Origin: Bacillota bacterium
Lineage (GTDB): Bacteria > Bacillota_I > Bacilli_A > RFN20 > CAG-826
Length of the DNA stretch: 49,013 nt
Direction of reading: 5' to 3'
NCBI GenBank assembly: GCA_036822315.1
Contig: DAISHV010000001.1
Location: 1-49,013 of the forward strand
Positions 8,114 through 17,713 of this stretch are shown piece by piece. A program made the translations under genes and the position numbers. A model generated the notes under the pieces. That model was not told where the DNA came from, ran no database searches, and was given only the letters and a program-made list of their open reading frames with translations. The first letter of the stretch is position 1, and the number at the start of each line of letters is the position of its first letter.

Positions 8114-8746
8114 TTATCGGGAAAGATAAAGGTCTTTTAAGGTTGCGATTTTTACGCCTGAATAATCGGGATATTCGCCTTTTCTTTCCAGCAAAATACC
8201 ATCGATGCCGCCGTTATGAGCGGTTTCCGGATCTTGAAGAGAATCACCGACATAGACCATTTGAGAAGCTGGAATCCCCGCTAAATGCTTCTGAGCTTCG
8301 AAAATGGGATCGCCCGAAGGTTTAGGTTTCCGAAGCGGGGAAGCGCCAACGACAAAAGCAAAAGACGAGGTGAGGTTGGTGGCCTTTAAAGCCAAGGCAA
8401 TATGTTTTTCGGTATTACCCGAAACAACGCCGCAGATTTTCCCCCGTCGGCGAAGTTCATCTATGGTTTCTCGGACGTCATCATAAGGCTTAATCAGCGC
8501 CAAATTTTCTGGAAAATCGAGACTTTCAGCAATGGCCTCACGAACGATTTCTCTTTTCTTTGAATCGAGAATACCTAAACGATCGCATGTTTCCATGACC
8601 GACATATGCATGAAAACCGCGGTTTGCTCAGGGGTGCAATCGTAATAGATTTTCGCAAAGGCGTAACGGTAAATATACGTCAAAGAAACATAGGTATCAA
8701 ATAGGGTTCCATCGAAATCAAGAAGGTAGGCTTGATAGTCTTTCAT
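8114..8746 (-). CDS. HAD-superfamily hydrolase (phosphoglycolate/pyrophosphatase PpaX-like subfamily IA)
   Basis: Motif I LLDFDGTLFDT, motif II VVSGN, motif III/IV K...YVGDSLQD. The ATG overlaps the uvrB stop (ATGA). Confidence 0.8.
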   Translation of the reverse strand: MKDYQAYLLDFDGTLFDTYVSLTYIYRYAFAKIYYDCTPEQTAVFMHMSVMETCDRLGILDSKKREIVREAIAESLDFPENLALIKPYDDVRETIDELRRRGKICGVVSGNTEKHIALALKATNLTSSFAFVVGASPLRKPKPSGDPIFEAQKHLAGIPASQMVYVGDSLQDPETAHNGGIDGILLERKGEYPDYSGVKIATLKDLYLSR

Positions 8747-10728
8747 TTGTTTAAACCCGCTTTCATCTCTAAGACGATGTCTCGAAGTTCAGCTGCCCGT
8801 TCAAAGTCATATTCTTTGGCAGCCTGCCGCATCTCTTTCTCCAAATCCAAAATCTGGCGTTCCACTTCACTCCGTGAGACTTTTGCAGAGCTATTGACCA
8901 ATTTGTCGATTTCTTTCTCAGAGTTCGAAAGCGGCGGTCGGATCTCTTTAATAATCGTTGTCGGAATAATACCATACTTGGTGTTATAAGCTTCTTGGAT
9001 CTGACGACGGCGATTGGTTTCGTCGATGCACTCTTTCATCGATTGTGTCATGTTGTCGGCATACATGATGACACGACCATGAACGTTACGGGCGGCGCGG
9101 CCAGTCACCTGAATCAGCGAAGTTGTCGAACGCAAGAAGCCTTCCTTATCGGCATCGAGAATGCCAATTAAAGAAACTTCAGGGATATCGAGTCCTTCGC
9201 GCAAGAGGTTAATGCCGACCAAGACGTCATATTTTCCTTTGCGGAGTTGATAGATAATCTCCGTTCGTTCCAAGGTTTTGGTTTCGTTATGAAGATAGGC
9301 AACTTTGATCCCCTGCCCTTTCAAATAAGAGGTGAGATCCTCAGCCATCTTGATGGTTAAAGTAACAATCATCGTTCGCTCATTGACCGCGATACGTTTT
9401 TGAATTTCCGCCATCAAATCATCAATTTGTCCTAACGGAGGACGAACTTCGATGATCGGATCGAGCAAACCCGTCGGACGAATGATTTGTTCGGCGACGT
9501 CATGGGAGCATTTTTCAAGCTCATAATCACCAGGAGTGGCTGAAGTACACACAACCGTCGAAGGCATTAGCGATTCGAATTCGGTGAAATTAAGCGGCCG
9601 GTTGTCCAATGCCGAAGGAAGGCGGAAGCCAAAATCGACAAGCGTCTGCTTGCGGCTTCGATCACCGTTGTACATCCCCCGAAGCTGCGGGAAAGTGACG
9701 TGCGATTCATCCACGAGCAAAAGGAAATCCTTCGGGAAATAATCCATAAGCGTCCACGGACGTTGACCCGGGAGACGTTTATCGATGTGGCGAGAATAGT
9801 TCTCGATGCCAGGGCACATGCCAAACTCTTGAAGAGATTCCATGTCCTGCCTGGTTCGCATTTCGAGGCGTTCCGCTTCAAGTAATTTGCCTTCTTTACG
9901 GAAATAGGCGAGCCGGTCCTCCAACTCTTCCGAGATGGTAACGCAAGCTTCCTGAATTCTTTTTTTCGTCGAAGCGTGGTCATAAGCCGGGTAAATTGGA
10001 TAAGTTTTATAGGAATGACGAATCTCGCCGCTTAAACGATCAACTTCATTGATAGATTCCACTTCATCACCAAAGCAATCGATTCGCACGTAATAGTCGT
10101 TGCTGATTAAAGGGGCGATGTCGATAATGTCGCCATGAACGCGGAAAGTCCCTGGATTGAGATCAAGATTATTCCGGGTGTATTGGCTTTCGATAAGTCG
10201 GGCGAAAAGTTTCTTTCTGTCGATGGTTTCCCCAACGCGAATTTCAAATAAGAGACCGCGATATTCTTCGGGGTCAGAAAGACCATAAATGGCCGCAACC
10301 GACGCAACGATAATCGTATCGCGCCGCTCCAAAATCGAGTTCACTGCGCTGGTGCGCAGCATTTCGATTTCATCATTCATTACGGCATTCTTTTCGATAT
10401 AGGTGTCCGTTTTCGGAACATAGGCCTCAGGTTGATAAAAGTCGAAGTTCGAAACAAAATACTCGACCCGATTCTCAGGGAAAAGTTCTTTGAATTCTCC
10501 ATAGAGTTGGGAACACAGGGTTTTGTTATGAACCAAAACAAGGGTCGGCCGATTTAAGGCCGCCACAATATTGGCATCGGTAAAAGTTTTACCCGTTCCG
10601 GTGGCACCTAGAATGACTTGAAGCTGTTTTCCTTTGCTCACGCCATCTAAAATTTTGGCAATCGCTTCCGGCTGATCGCCCGTCGGTTTATAAGGTGATG
10701 TCAGTTTAAAAGGGTGAGAAGAATCCAC
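8743..10728 (-). CDS. uvrB: Excinuclease ABC subunit B
   Basis: Walker A GATGTGKTF, DESH box (LLLVDESHVT), helicase motifs GINLLREGLDIPEVSL and GRAARN, C-terminal UVR domain (FERAAELRD). GTG start overlaps the upstream stop by 1 nt. Confidence 0.95.
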   Translation of the reverse strand: MDSSHPFKLTSPYKPTGDQPEAIAKILDGVSKGKQLQVILGATGTGKTFTDANIVAALNRPTLVLVHNKTLCSQLYGEFKELFPENRVEYFVSNFDFYQPEAYVPKTDTYIEKNAVMNDEIEMLRTSAVNSILERRDTIIVASVAAIYGLSDPEEYRGLLFEIRVGETIDRKKLFARLIESQYTRNNLDLNPGTFRVHGDIIDIAPLISNDYYVRIDCFGDEVESINEVDRLSGEIRHSYKTYPIYPAYDHASTKKRIQEACVTISEELEDRLAYFRKEGKLLEAERLEMRTRQDMESLQEFGMCPGIENYSRHIDKRLPGQRPWTLMDYFPKDFLLLVDESHVTFPQLRGMYNGDRSRKQTLVDFGFRLPSALDNRPLNFTEFESLMPSTVVCTSATPGDYELEKCSHDVAEQIIRPTGLLDPIIEVRPPLGQIDDLMAEIQKRIAVNERTMIVTLTIKMAEDLTSYLKGQGIKVAYLHNETKTLERTEIIYQLRKGKYDVLVGINLLREGLDIPEVSLIGILDADKEGFLRSTTSLIQVTGRAARNVHGRVIMYADNMTQSMKECIDETNRRRQIQEAYNTKYGIIPTTIIKEIRPPLSNSEKEIDKLVNSSAKVSRSEVERQILDLEKEMRQAAKEYDFERAAELRDIVLEMKAGLNK

Positions 10729-11972
10729 TAGGCTGCTCCCTTCCCGTCTTTCGTTATCGGCTCATTCGCCACGGCTGGCTTTTCAGCGGGCTTTTGAGTA
10801 GTTTTTTCGCTGGGTTTTTCCGTGACTTTCTCCGCCGGCTTCGTTGCCGGAGTCGTCGAAGGCTTCGCGGCCGAAGGAGCAGGCTTTTGCGCTAAAGCAT
10901 TGGCTTTTTGCGAAGATTTTTGTTTTTTGGCGTTGTCGCGGGCTTCTTCCGCCATTCTTTCTTCGTCATATTGGGCTTCGTGATTTTCACGGTGCGAGCG
11001 GTGTAAACCCGGCTTCTTTGGAACGATGAAAGGCTCAAAGCCTTCACCATTAATCGTCTTGGCCTGAGTGAAGCTGACGAAAGCCTTCGGATCGATCTCG
11101 GCAATCTTGCTCCGAAGCTCAGCGGTTTCAACCTGATAAATTACAACGCGAATCATCTTGCGCTTTTCGCCAGTATAACCACCGATGGTATCGATCACGG
11201 TGGTCGCGTGGTCCATGTCTTTATGGATGTACTCTTGAATCTCTTCGTATTGGTCGCTCAAGATATCCACAATGACAAAGGTATCGGCGTTGACGTAAAT
11301 GTACTGGACCGCCACGGCGCAAGATAAAGCGGCCAAAATACCCACCAAACCTTGAATGGCATCGCGCATGCAAATCATGCCGACCAGAATGAGGGAAGCA
11401 TCAATCAAAAAGCCCGAGACATCCTGTTTCATCTCGCTATATTTTGCGATGATGAAACTCACGATATCAAAGCCACCGGTTGAGCCGTTACCCAAATACG
11501 AAATCGCGACACCAGCTCCGGCCAAGGCGCCACCAAAGATGCCTGCGAGCATCAGTTCAGCAGTTCCAGCTTTTGTACCCTCAAAGAGAGCATCAAGGCC
11601 TAACACTCCGCCGATATTGAAGCGGAAAAGTAAGGCATAAATCAAAGGATAAGTAATCGAGGCAACCAAGGTATTCAAAGAGAACTTTTTTCCCAAAGTA
11701 AACCAGCCGATGATCCAAAGAATTGCCTGAACGATGGTGACAACAACGTCGTTGATGTCCGTAAGACCAAAAAGCCAATGCGCCCCTTGGGCGTAGTAAT
11801 ATTGGCAAATAATGCCAACTGAAACGACGCCGCCGGAAATAATGTTTCCCGGAGTAAGAAACGCCGCGTCAGCAAAAGCAAGAATCGAACAACCCAAAAC
11901 AACAAAAACAATATTTTTAATTTCGCCTAAAACCTTGGATTTCGAGATTTTACGCCTGAGTTCCGTGCCCAT
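10728..11972 (-). CDS. YitT-family (DUF161/DUF2179) membrane protein with a P/A/K/T-rich C-terminal tail
   Basis: TM core followed by a DUF2179-like domain (HATTVIDTIGGYTGEKRKMIRVVIYQVE). Start set at MGTELRRK (GGAGG SD) rather than ORF-track 12140, whose first 56 codons overlap prfB. About 90-aa PAxKP tail. Confidence 0.75.
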   Translation of the reverse strand: MGTELRRKISKSKVLGEIKNIVFVVLGCSILAFADAAFLTPGNIISGGVVSVGIICQYYYAQGAHWLFGLTDINDVVVTIVQAILWIIGWFTLGKKFSLNTLVASITYPLIYALLFRFNIGGVLGLDALFEGTKAGTAELMLAGIFGGALAGAGVAISYLGNGSTGGFDIVSFIIAKYSEMKQDVSGFLIDASLILVGMICMRDAIQGLVGILAALSCAVAVQYIYVNADTFVIVDILSDQYEEIQEYIHKDMDHATTVIDTIGGYTGEKRKMIRVVIYQVETAELRSKIAEIDPKAFVSFTQAKTINGEGFEPFIVPKKPGLHRSHRENHEAQYDEERMAEEARDNAKKQKSSQKANALAQKPAPSAAKPSTTPATKPAEKVTEKPSEKTTQKPAEKPAVANEPITKDGKGAA

Positions 11973-13072
11973 TTTTAGCCTCCATCTCGAGATAGGCGAA
12001 GATGAAGGGGTCGACCTCACCGTCCATGACACCCGCGACATCCGCGGTTTCAAAATCGGTACGGTGATCCTTAACCAACGTATAAGGGCAGAAGACATAA
12101 CTGCGAATCTGGCTTCCCCACTCAATGTTTTTCTGCTCACCGATGATGGACTTCATTTTGGCGTCCCTCTCTTCGAGCTTCTTCTGCATGAGCTTATCGG
12201 CCAGCATTTCCATACACGTGGCTTTATTCATCAATTGGCTTCTCTCGATTTCGCACTGAACGACAATGCCCGTGGGAAGGTGCGTAATTCTCACGGCCGA
12301 GGAGACTTTATTGACGTTCTGTCCACCGGCACCACCGCTGCGGAAGGTGTCGACTTTAAGATCTTCAGGATTGATGACAACATCGGATACGCTTCCGAAT
12401 TCAGGAACGACGTTAACCGAGGCAAAAGAGGTATGACGCCGCGCATTGGCATCGAAGGGCGAGATGCGAACCAAGCGGTGCACACCTTTCTCACCTTTGA
12501 GTAAGCCATAAGCGTTATGTCCTGACACTTTTACGACTGCACTTTTGAGTCCAGCGGTTTCGCCAGCTTCATAAGCAAGTACTTGCCAAGTGAAGCCATG
12601 CCGTTCAGCCCAACGACCGTACATCCGTAAGAGCATGTCAGCCCAGTCTTGGGCTTCGGTTCCTCCAGCGCCTGGATGGATTTCCAACGTGGCGTTGAGG
12701 TCATCGTATTCCCCTGAAAAGAGGAGGGTATTGCGGAGATCTTGAATATTTTTGCTCAATTCGCCTTCGGTCGTTTCGATCAAAGAACACATTTCTTTGT
12801 CGGTCGATTCGGTCGTAGCGATCAAGTCGAGAACGTCTTGATAGTCTCGTGAAATTTTCGTATAAGAACTAACTTTGCTTTTGGCGTCATTCAAACGATT
12901 GACAACGACCAAAGCCGATCTCTGGTCACCCCAGAAACCTTCTTTATTCTGCTCAGATTCTAAGTCAGCGATTTGCGCGTTCAGCTTCGGGAGGTCAAAG
13001 AGAATCACCGAGCTGTCGGACAAGTTCGCCCAAAGCTTGGGCATCTTGTTTTAATTCAACTAGCTCTTTCAT
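11950..13072 (-). CDS. prfB: Peptide chain release factor 2, expressed through a programmed +1 frameshift
   Basis: Frame 0 runs from ATG at 13072 (MKELVELKQDAQALGELVRQLGDSL) to an in-frame TGA at 12995-12997. The +1 frame continues as DLPKLNAQIADLE... and contains SPF and GGQ (RSGGAGGQNVNK). Effective join on the minus strand: 13072..12998 then 12996..11950. Confidence 0.9.
12994..13009 (-). promoter_or_regulatory. prfB: RF2 autoregulatory +1 frameshift site
   Basis: Minus-strand GGTGAT-TCT-CTT-TGA-C: an SD-like GGUGAU 3 nt upstream of the slippery CUU, with the UGA-C stop context. Confidence 0.85.
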
Positions 13073-13081
13073 ATATTCCCT

Positions 13082-15652
13082 TCATTCTCCTTGTTTGTCT
13101 TTGTCAGAAACATTTTCTGCCACCACCGTCGCCGGCTCTTTCTGAGCAGATCCATCCGCAGGCGGAACCGCCTTTGAGGGGACCTCGGGTTTTGAAGTCT
13201 CTTTTGAAGACACAGAGGTATTCGAGACGGTTTTGCCCTCACTCGAAGTCACTCCATGACTTTGATCATCCACGACAACCGGTTTTTCCTGCGCGGGCTG
13301 TTCATTTCTCGGAACGAGACGAACATTCAAAAGGTTAAACGCCGTATCCACAGCCACTTTCTCATTCATTTCTTTGAAGAGATCGTAGCCTTCGTTGACG
13401 TAATCCTGTAACGGGTTTGTCTGAGCATAACTGCGAAGAGAGATACCTTCACGCAAATGGGACATGGTATCGATATGGCCTTGCCAATTGTGGTCAATCA
13501 CATGGAGGGCGATTTGTCGTTCCACCATATCGGCATCAGCGGCTGGCCAAGTCTTCCGCTTTTCAACATAGTTCGCATAGAGAAGCTCGCCTAAATCCTC
13601 ACCGGCCTCTTCGACCGGAGCGCCATCATAAGCCGAGGCATTCAAGGCACCTTCTGGCAAGAAGCGAGGCTCGACTAATTTCTTTAATTGTTCGCCAGAG
13701 ACCAAGCCTTCGGCGCTATTGGCATCAACGGCTTTCTTTGCTAAGAATCCACCACAGGATTTAAAGAAATCATGAATGAGGTTAACAATATCTTCAGCCA
13801 TTAAAATGGAGTCACGCTTCTTATAGATAATGTCGCGTTGTTTAGCCAAAACGTCATCGTAATCCTTGAGGTTTTTGCGAATATCGAAGTTTTTGCCTTC
13901 GATTTGCTTTTGGGCATTGGTAACGGCATTTGAAAGCATCCGGTTTTGATAAGAATCTTCTTGGAGGTTATCGGTGAAGATTTTACGAATATTTTCCGGA
14001 GCAAAACGCCGCATAAGATCGTCATCGAAAGAGACGAAGAAACGAGAATAGCCGGGGTCGCCCTGACGACCAGAACGACCACGTAACTGGTTATCAATAC
14101 GACGGGATTCATGGCGTTCAGTGCCGAAGACACAAAGACCACCTAATGCAACAACGCCGGGCCCAAGTTTAATATCGGTGCCACGACCAGCCATGTTGGT
14201 AGCCAACGTGACGGCGCCTTGTTCACCAGCGTGAGAAATGATCTCCGCTTCGCGTGCCTGGTTTTTAGCGTTCAAAACTTCATGAGGAACTCCCGCTTTA
14301 TCCAATAAAGCAGAAATCTCTTCGTTCGATTCGACCGAGACGGTGCCAATCAAAACCGGCTGACCCTTCTCGTGACGCTCTTTCACCGCCGCGACCAAAG
14401 CGGCCAATTTTTTATCGTGGGTTCCATAAATCAAATCGTCATCATCTTTACGGACAACCGGACGGTTGGTCGGGATGCAGACGACTTTCATGTTGTAGAT
14501 GGTCTCAAATTCTTCTTCTTCAGTTTTGGCCGTACCGGTCATGCCCGAGAGTTTCTTATATAGACGGAAGAAGTTCTGGTAAGTGATCGTTGCTAAAACG
14601 ACAGTTTCCTGTTTAATCTCGACGCCTTCCTTAGCTTGAATAGCTTGCTGCAAGCCATCATTGTATTCACGACCCGGCATAATACGGCCAGTGAATTGGT
14701 CGATGAGTTGAATCGTGTGGTCTTTGTCCACCATGTACTCGACATCGCGAGACATAATGTAGTTGGCTTTTAGAGCCTGGTGAATCCGGTGAACGAGATC
14801 CTGGTTCTCGGGGTCATAAAGGTTGCGAATGCCGAACATCCGCTCTGCTTTATCGTTGCCATCTTCGGTCAAGGAGCAAGCTTTATCTTTGATATCAATC
14901 GTGAAATCTTTGTCTTTTCTTAACGATTTAACGAAGCGATCGGCAACCTGATATTGCGAGGCAGCCGCCCGATTGCCACCGGAAATAATAAGCGGAGTCC
15001 GAGATTCATCGATCAGAATGGAGTCAGCTTCATCAACGACGGTAAAGGCTAAGCCGCGTAAAACACGGCCTTCAAGGTTCGGCGACATGTTGTCGCGGAG
15101 ATAGTCAAAGCCGAGTTCGGAGTTGGTGGTGTAAGTAATGTCGCAAGCATAAGCGGCTTTTTTCTCTTCAGTCGTTTCTTTAGCAAGGTTGCAGCCGACC
15201 GTAAGACCAAGCCAGCGATAAATTTCGCCCATCCAGTTAGCATCACGTTGAGCCAAGTATTCGTTAACGGTAACGACGTGAACCCCATTGCCAGTAAGAG
15301 CATTAAGATAAACAGCCATCGTCGCGGTTAAGGTTTTACCTTCGCCGGTCTTCATTTCAGCGATATCACCGCTATTAAGAACCAAAGCACCAATGATTTG
15401 AACTTTAAAGGGTTTCTGTTTCAAAACACGCCACGCCGCTTCACGAGCGACAGCAAACGCTTCGAATTTGATTTCTTCAAGCGGAGTTCCATCGGCAAGT
15501 TTCTTCTGAAAATAGGGAGTTTTTGCTTTGAGTTCGTCGTCGCTTAATTTAGCGATTTCCGGCTCCAAAGCAATCACTCGATCAGCTTCGCGAGCATACT
15601 TGTTCAACTCTTTTTGTTCCAGGTGGAATATTTTTTCAATGATGTTGGCCAC
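13082..15652 (-). CDS. secA: Preprotein translocase ATPase SecA (no C-terminal zinc-binding motif)
   Basis: Walker A MKTGEGKTL, DEADSILIDE, GTERHESRRIDNQLRGRSGRQGDPG. GTG start with AGGAG SD. The last ~77 aa are an S/T/P/K/E-rich tail with no Cys. Confidence 0.95.
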   Translation of the reverse strand: MANIIEKIFHLEQKELNKYAREADRVIALEPEIAKLSDDELKAKTPYFQKKLADGTPLEEIKFEAFAVAREAAWRVLKQKPFKVQIIGALVLNSGDIAEMKTGEGKTLTATMAVYLNALTGNGVHVVTVNEYLAQRDANWMGEIYRWLGLTVGCNLAKETTEEKKAAYACDITYTTNSELGFDYLRDNMSPNLEGRVLRGLAFTVVDEADSILIDESRTPLIISGGNRAAASQYQVADRFVKSLRKDKDFTIDIKDKACSLTEDGNDKAERMFGIRNLYDPENQDLVHRIHQALKANYIMSRDVEYMVDKDHTIQLIDQFTGRIMPGREYNDGLQQAIQAKEGVEIKQETVVLATITYQNFFRLYKKLSGMTGTAKTEEEEFETIYNMKVVCIPTNRPVVRKDDDDLIYGTHDKKLAALVAAVKERHEKGQPVLIGTVSVESNEEISALLDKAGVPHEVLNAKNQAREAEIISHAGEQGAVTLATNMAGRGTDIKLGPGVVALGGLCVFGTERHESRRIDNQLRGRSGRQGDPGYSRFFVSFDDDLMRRFAPENIRKIFTDNLQEDSYQNRMLSNAVTNAQKQIEGKNFDIRKNLKDYDDVLAKQRDIIYKKRDSILMAEDIVNLIHDFFKSCGGFLAKKAVDANSAEGLVSGEQLKKLVEPRFLPEGALNASAYDGAPVEEAGEDLGELLYANYVEKRKTWPAADADMVERQIALHVIDHNWQGHIDTMSHLREGISLRSYAQTNPLQDYVNEGYDLFKEMNEKVAVDTAFNLLNVRLVPRNEQPAQEKPVVVDDQSHGVTSSEGKTVSNTSVSSKETSKPEVPSKAVPPADGSAQKEPATVVAENVSDKDKQGE

Positions 15653-15680
15653 GATAATCTCCTAAAAACTGCGCTTAAAG

Positions 15681-15709
15681 ATAATATCATTACCATAGAT
15701 GGTAAGCAA
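15681..15709 (-). promoter_or_regulatory. Putative sigma-A promoter of secA (-35 TTGCTT, 17 bp, TGa-TATTAT)
   Basis: Minus-strand TTGCTT-accatctatggtaatga-TATTAT with a TGn extended -10, about 30 nt upstream of the secA GTG. Confidence 0.5.
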
Positions 15710-15814
15710 TGAAACCTGACACGGATTTCGTTTCAAAATTTGGAAAACCGCACCACCTTTTTTCAATATCCTTGCAAAACTCATTTCTTTTTAACTCTCT
15801 TTCAAGATTTTCCC

Positions 15815-16483
15815 TTAAACAGGTTTTTCACGGTCTTCTTCTTGCGCTCTCTTCTTTGGCGTATAGCCCATCACGAGAATTTTCACTCGCTTAGCTCCAT
15901 GGGCTTTTAAAAGACTGCAGCAGGCTTTTGCAGTCGCCCCCGTGGTTAAAAGATCGTCGACGAAAAGGATTTTTTTGCCTTGAACCGAAATGCCATCAAC
16001 ATAGTGCAAGTGTTCGCCAATTTTCTGCCGATCCCGCCAATGGAGATCGGCTTGTTTCACATCATCAAGTTTTTCAATGGCATGGAGAAAGGGCAAATGA
16101 AGCGAGGCAAACATGAGTTCGACGTGATTAAAACCGCGGGCTTCATTTTTCGCAGCAAAAGAAGGAGCGGGGACCAAAGTGTAGCCCCGATAAGCCCATC
16201 GCAATATCGGTGCTTGATAGGCAAGAAAAATCGGGGCTAATTCAATATCGGCGCAACCTTTAAATTGATACAAAAGCGTCCGGATTTCTTCCTCATAAAG
16301 ATAGAGGGAGCGGCCTTCAAATTGATCGACTTTAAAGAAGCGCATTTTCGGACTCATTTTTCGAAAACATTCTTCGCAAAGCGGAACGTCTTCGCCGAAA
16401 AGAGAACGCCATCCCGGAGCGGAAAACGCTTTAAAACAAACCTTACAAAAAGGTGTTGCAGAATTCAATTTCTTTGATGGCAT
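15815..16483 (-). CDS. comFC: ComF-family competence protein ComFC (phosphoribosyltransferase-like)
   Basis: N-terminal Cys pairs CKVC...CEEC and C-terminal PRTase motif KKILFVDDLLTTGAT. Start chosen at MPSKK (GGAGG SD 10 nt upstream). Overlaps the comFA end. Confidence 0.8.
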   Translation of the reverse strand: MPSKKLNSATPFCKVCFKAFSAPGWRSLFGEDVPLCEECFRKMSPKMRFFKVDQFEGRSLYLYEEEIRTLLYQFKGCADIELAPIFLAYQAPILRWAYRGYTLVPAPSFAAKNEARGFNHVELMFASLHLPFLHAIEKLDDVKQADLHWRDRQKIGEHLHYVDGISVQGKKILFVDDLLTTGATAKACCSLLKAHGAKRVKILVMGYTPKKRAQEEDREKPV

Positions 16484-17600
16484 TTTGAATTGCCTCCGTG
16501 GGCTTTTCAGCCAAGAAGATGACTTCACCGTCAGGAGCGTCCATCTTTCGACCAGCCCGTCCCGCGATTTGAATCAAAGTAGACGAGGTATAAATCTTTT
16601 GATCATCCGCCGAGGTGACAATCACTTGAAGTGCCTTAATCGTGACGCCCCGCTCGAGAACCGAAGTCGTAACGAGATATCGGTATTCACCTTTTTTAAA
16701 ATCCGCGATGATGTTTTCGCGACCATTGCGTTTCGAGTGCACATAGTTGCCGCCCTTAGCGAAAAGAGAAATTAGGGAATAGAGTTCTTCGCAAGAAGCG
16801 ATGGTCGGCGCGAAAATAAAGCAGGGTTTATTCAGCAAGCGATATTGCCTCAATTTGCTTAAAAGAAATGGGATTTGCAGGGTTTTAGGTTTTAAGATCA
16901 CAAAAGGCACGGGGATCGGATGCTTATGAAAACGGGTTCTGAGTTCGACCACATCGTGCTGAGGGGAATGAAACTCGCGAAGGATTTCTGAAGAGGGCGT
17001 AGCGGACATCATGACGCAATGCCCCCGAAGCGAAGCCCGATACATGGAAATGAGAACCTCATTCCCTTTAAAGGGAAAGGCATCAATTTCATCCATGACC
17101 AAAAGATCAAAATACGAGGGATAGCGATAAAGTTGATGCGTGGTCAGAATGATGATGTCTCCCTCTAACGCATAGGTATGTTCGCCATAAACTGCCACCA
17201 CTTTGTTTTGGGGAAACGCTTCCTTGATTCGCCAATAAAGTTCAATCACAACATCGCGTCGAGGTAGCGCGAAGCCAACCTGATGTCCTAAACGAAGGGC
17301 TTCGCTAATTACGCCATAACTTAATTCCGTCTTTCCCGCCCCGCAGACCGCATAAACTAAGGTATCGACTCCCGCGAGATAATTGGCAATGATTTTCTTC
17401 GAGAGTGTCTTTTGTTCGCTCGATAAACTGTAATGAAGATTTAATTCAACGGTCTTGGGATTAGAAGGAAGCCTAGCTGCCTTCGTACCGATGAAGGAAA
17501 TACACTTTCGACAATAAGGACGCCCATTCCGCATGCCGATGTACTTCGGATCCTCGTTTCCACAACGGGGGCAAATAAATCTCTCCTCTAGTCCCATCAC
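16443..17600 (-). CDS. comFA: ComFA-like DEAD/DEAH-box helicase (competence)
   Basis: N-terminal zinc finger CPRCG...CRKC, Walker A AVCGAGKTE, DEID box, SAT-like MSATP, motif VI QIAGRAGR. Confidence 0.85.
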   Translation of the reverse strand: MMGLEERFICPRCGNEDPKYIGMRNGRPYCRKCISFIGTKAARLPSNPKTVELNLHYSLSSEQKTLSKKIIANYLAGVDTLVYAVCGAGKTELSYGVISEALRLGHQVGFALPRRDVVIELYWRIKEAFPQNKVVAVYGEHTYALEGDIIILTTHQLYRYPSYFDLLVMDEIDAFPFKGNEVLISMYRASLRGHCVMMSATPSSEILREFHSPQHDVVELRTRFHKHPIPVPFVILKPKTLQIPFLLSKLRQYRLLNKPCFIFAPTIASCEELYSLISLFAKGGNYVHSKRNGRENIIADFKKGEYRYLVTTSVLERGVTIKALQVIVTSADDQKIYTSSTLIQIAGRAGRKMDAPDGEVIFLAEKPTEAIQNAIKEIEFCNTFL

Positions 17601-17663
17601 TTAATGAATAGACACGAAGACTCATTTTTTGCCCTTCAACTTTTCTCTTTTTTCGACAAAACA

Positions 17664-17695
17664 AAAAAAGAACCGAATAAATCGGCTCTTTTCCA
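17664..17695 (-). terminator. Rho-independent terminator of rpiB
   Basis: Minus-strand RNA GAGCCGA-UUUA-UUCGGUUC followed by U7. Confidence 0.7.
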
Positions 17696-17713
17696 TGATG
17701 TTGTTGGAAGTAA

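Noticed and set aside
11812-12504. A 230-aa ORF on the plus strand, antisense to prfB and the yitT-family gene.
   Set aside because: It lies entirely opposite two genes with strong family motifs (RF2 GGQ/SPF). Long antisense ORFs opposite release-factor genes are a known codon-composition artefact. It has no SD and no recognisable motif.
15662-15784. A 40-codon minus-strand uORF ending inside the secA SD (MSFARILKKGGAVFQILKRNPCQVSLLTIYGNDIIFKRSF), considered as a SecM/MifM-like arrest peptide regulating secA.
   Set aside because: It has a weak SD and no signal peptide or TM, which a secretion monitor would need. The best secA promoter candidate (15681-15709) lies inside it, so it would be absent from the main secA transcript. 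Only Ribo-seq or conservation data could revive it.
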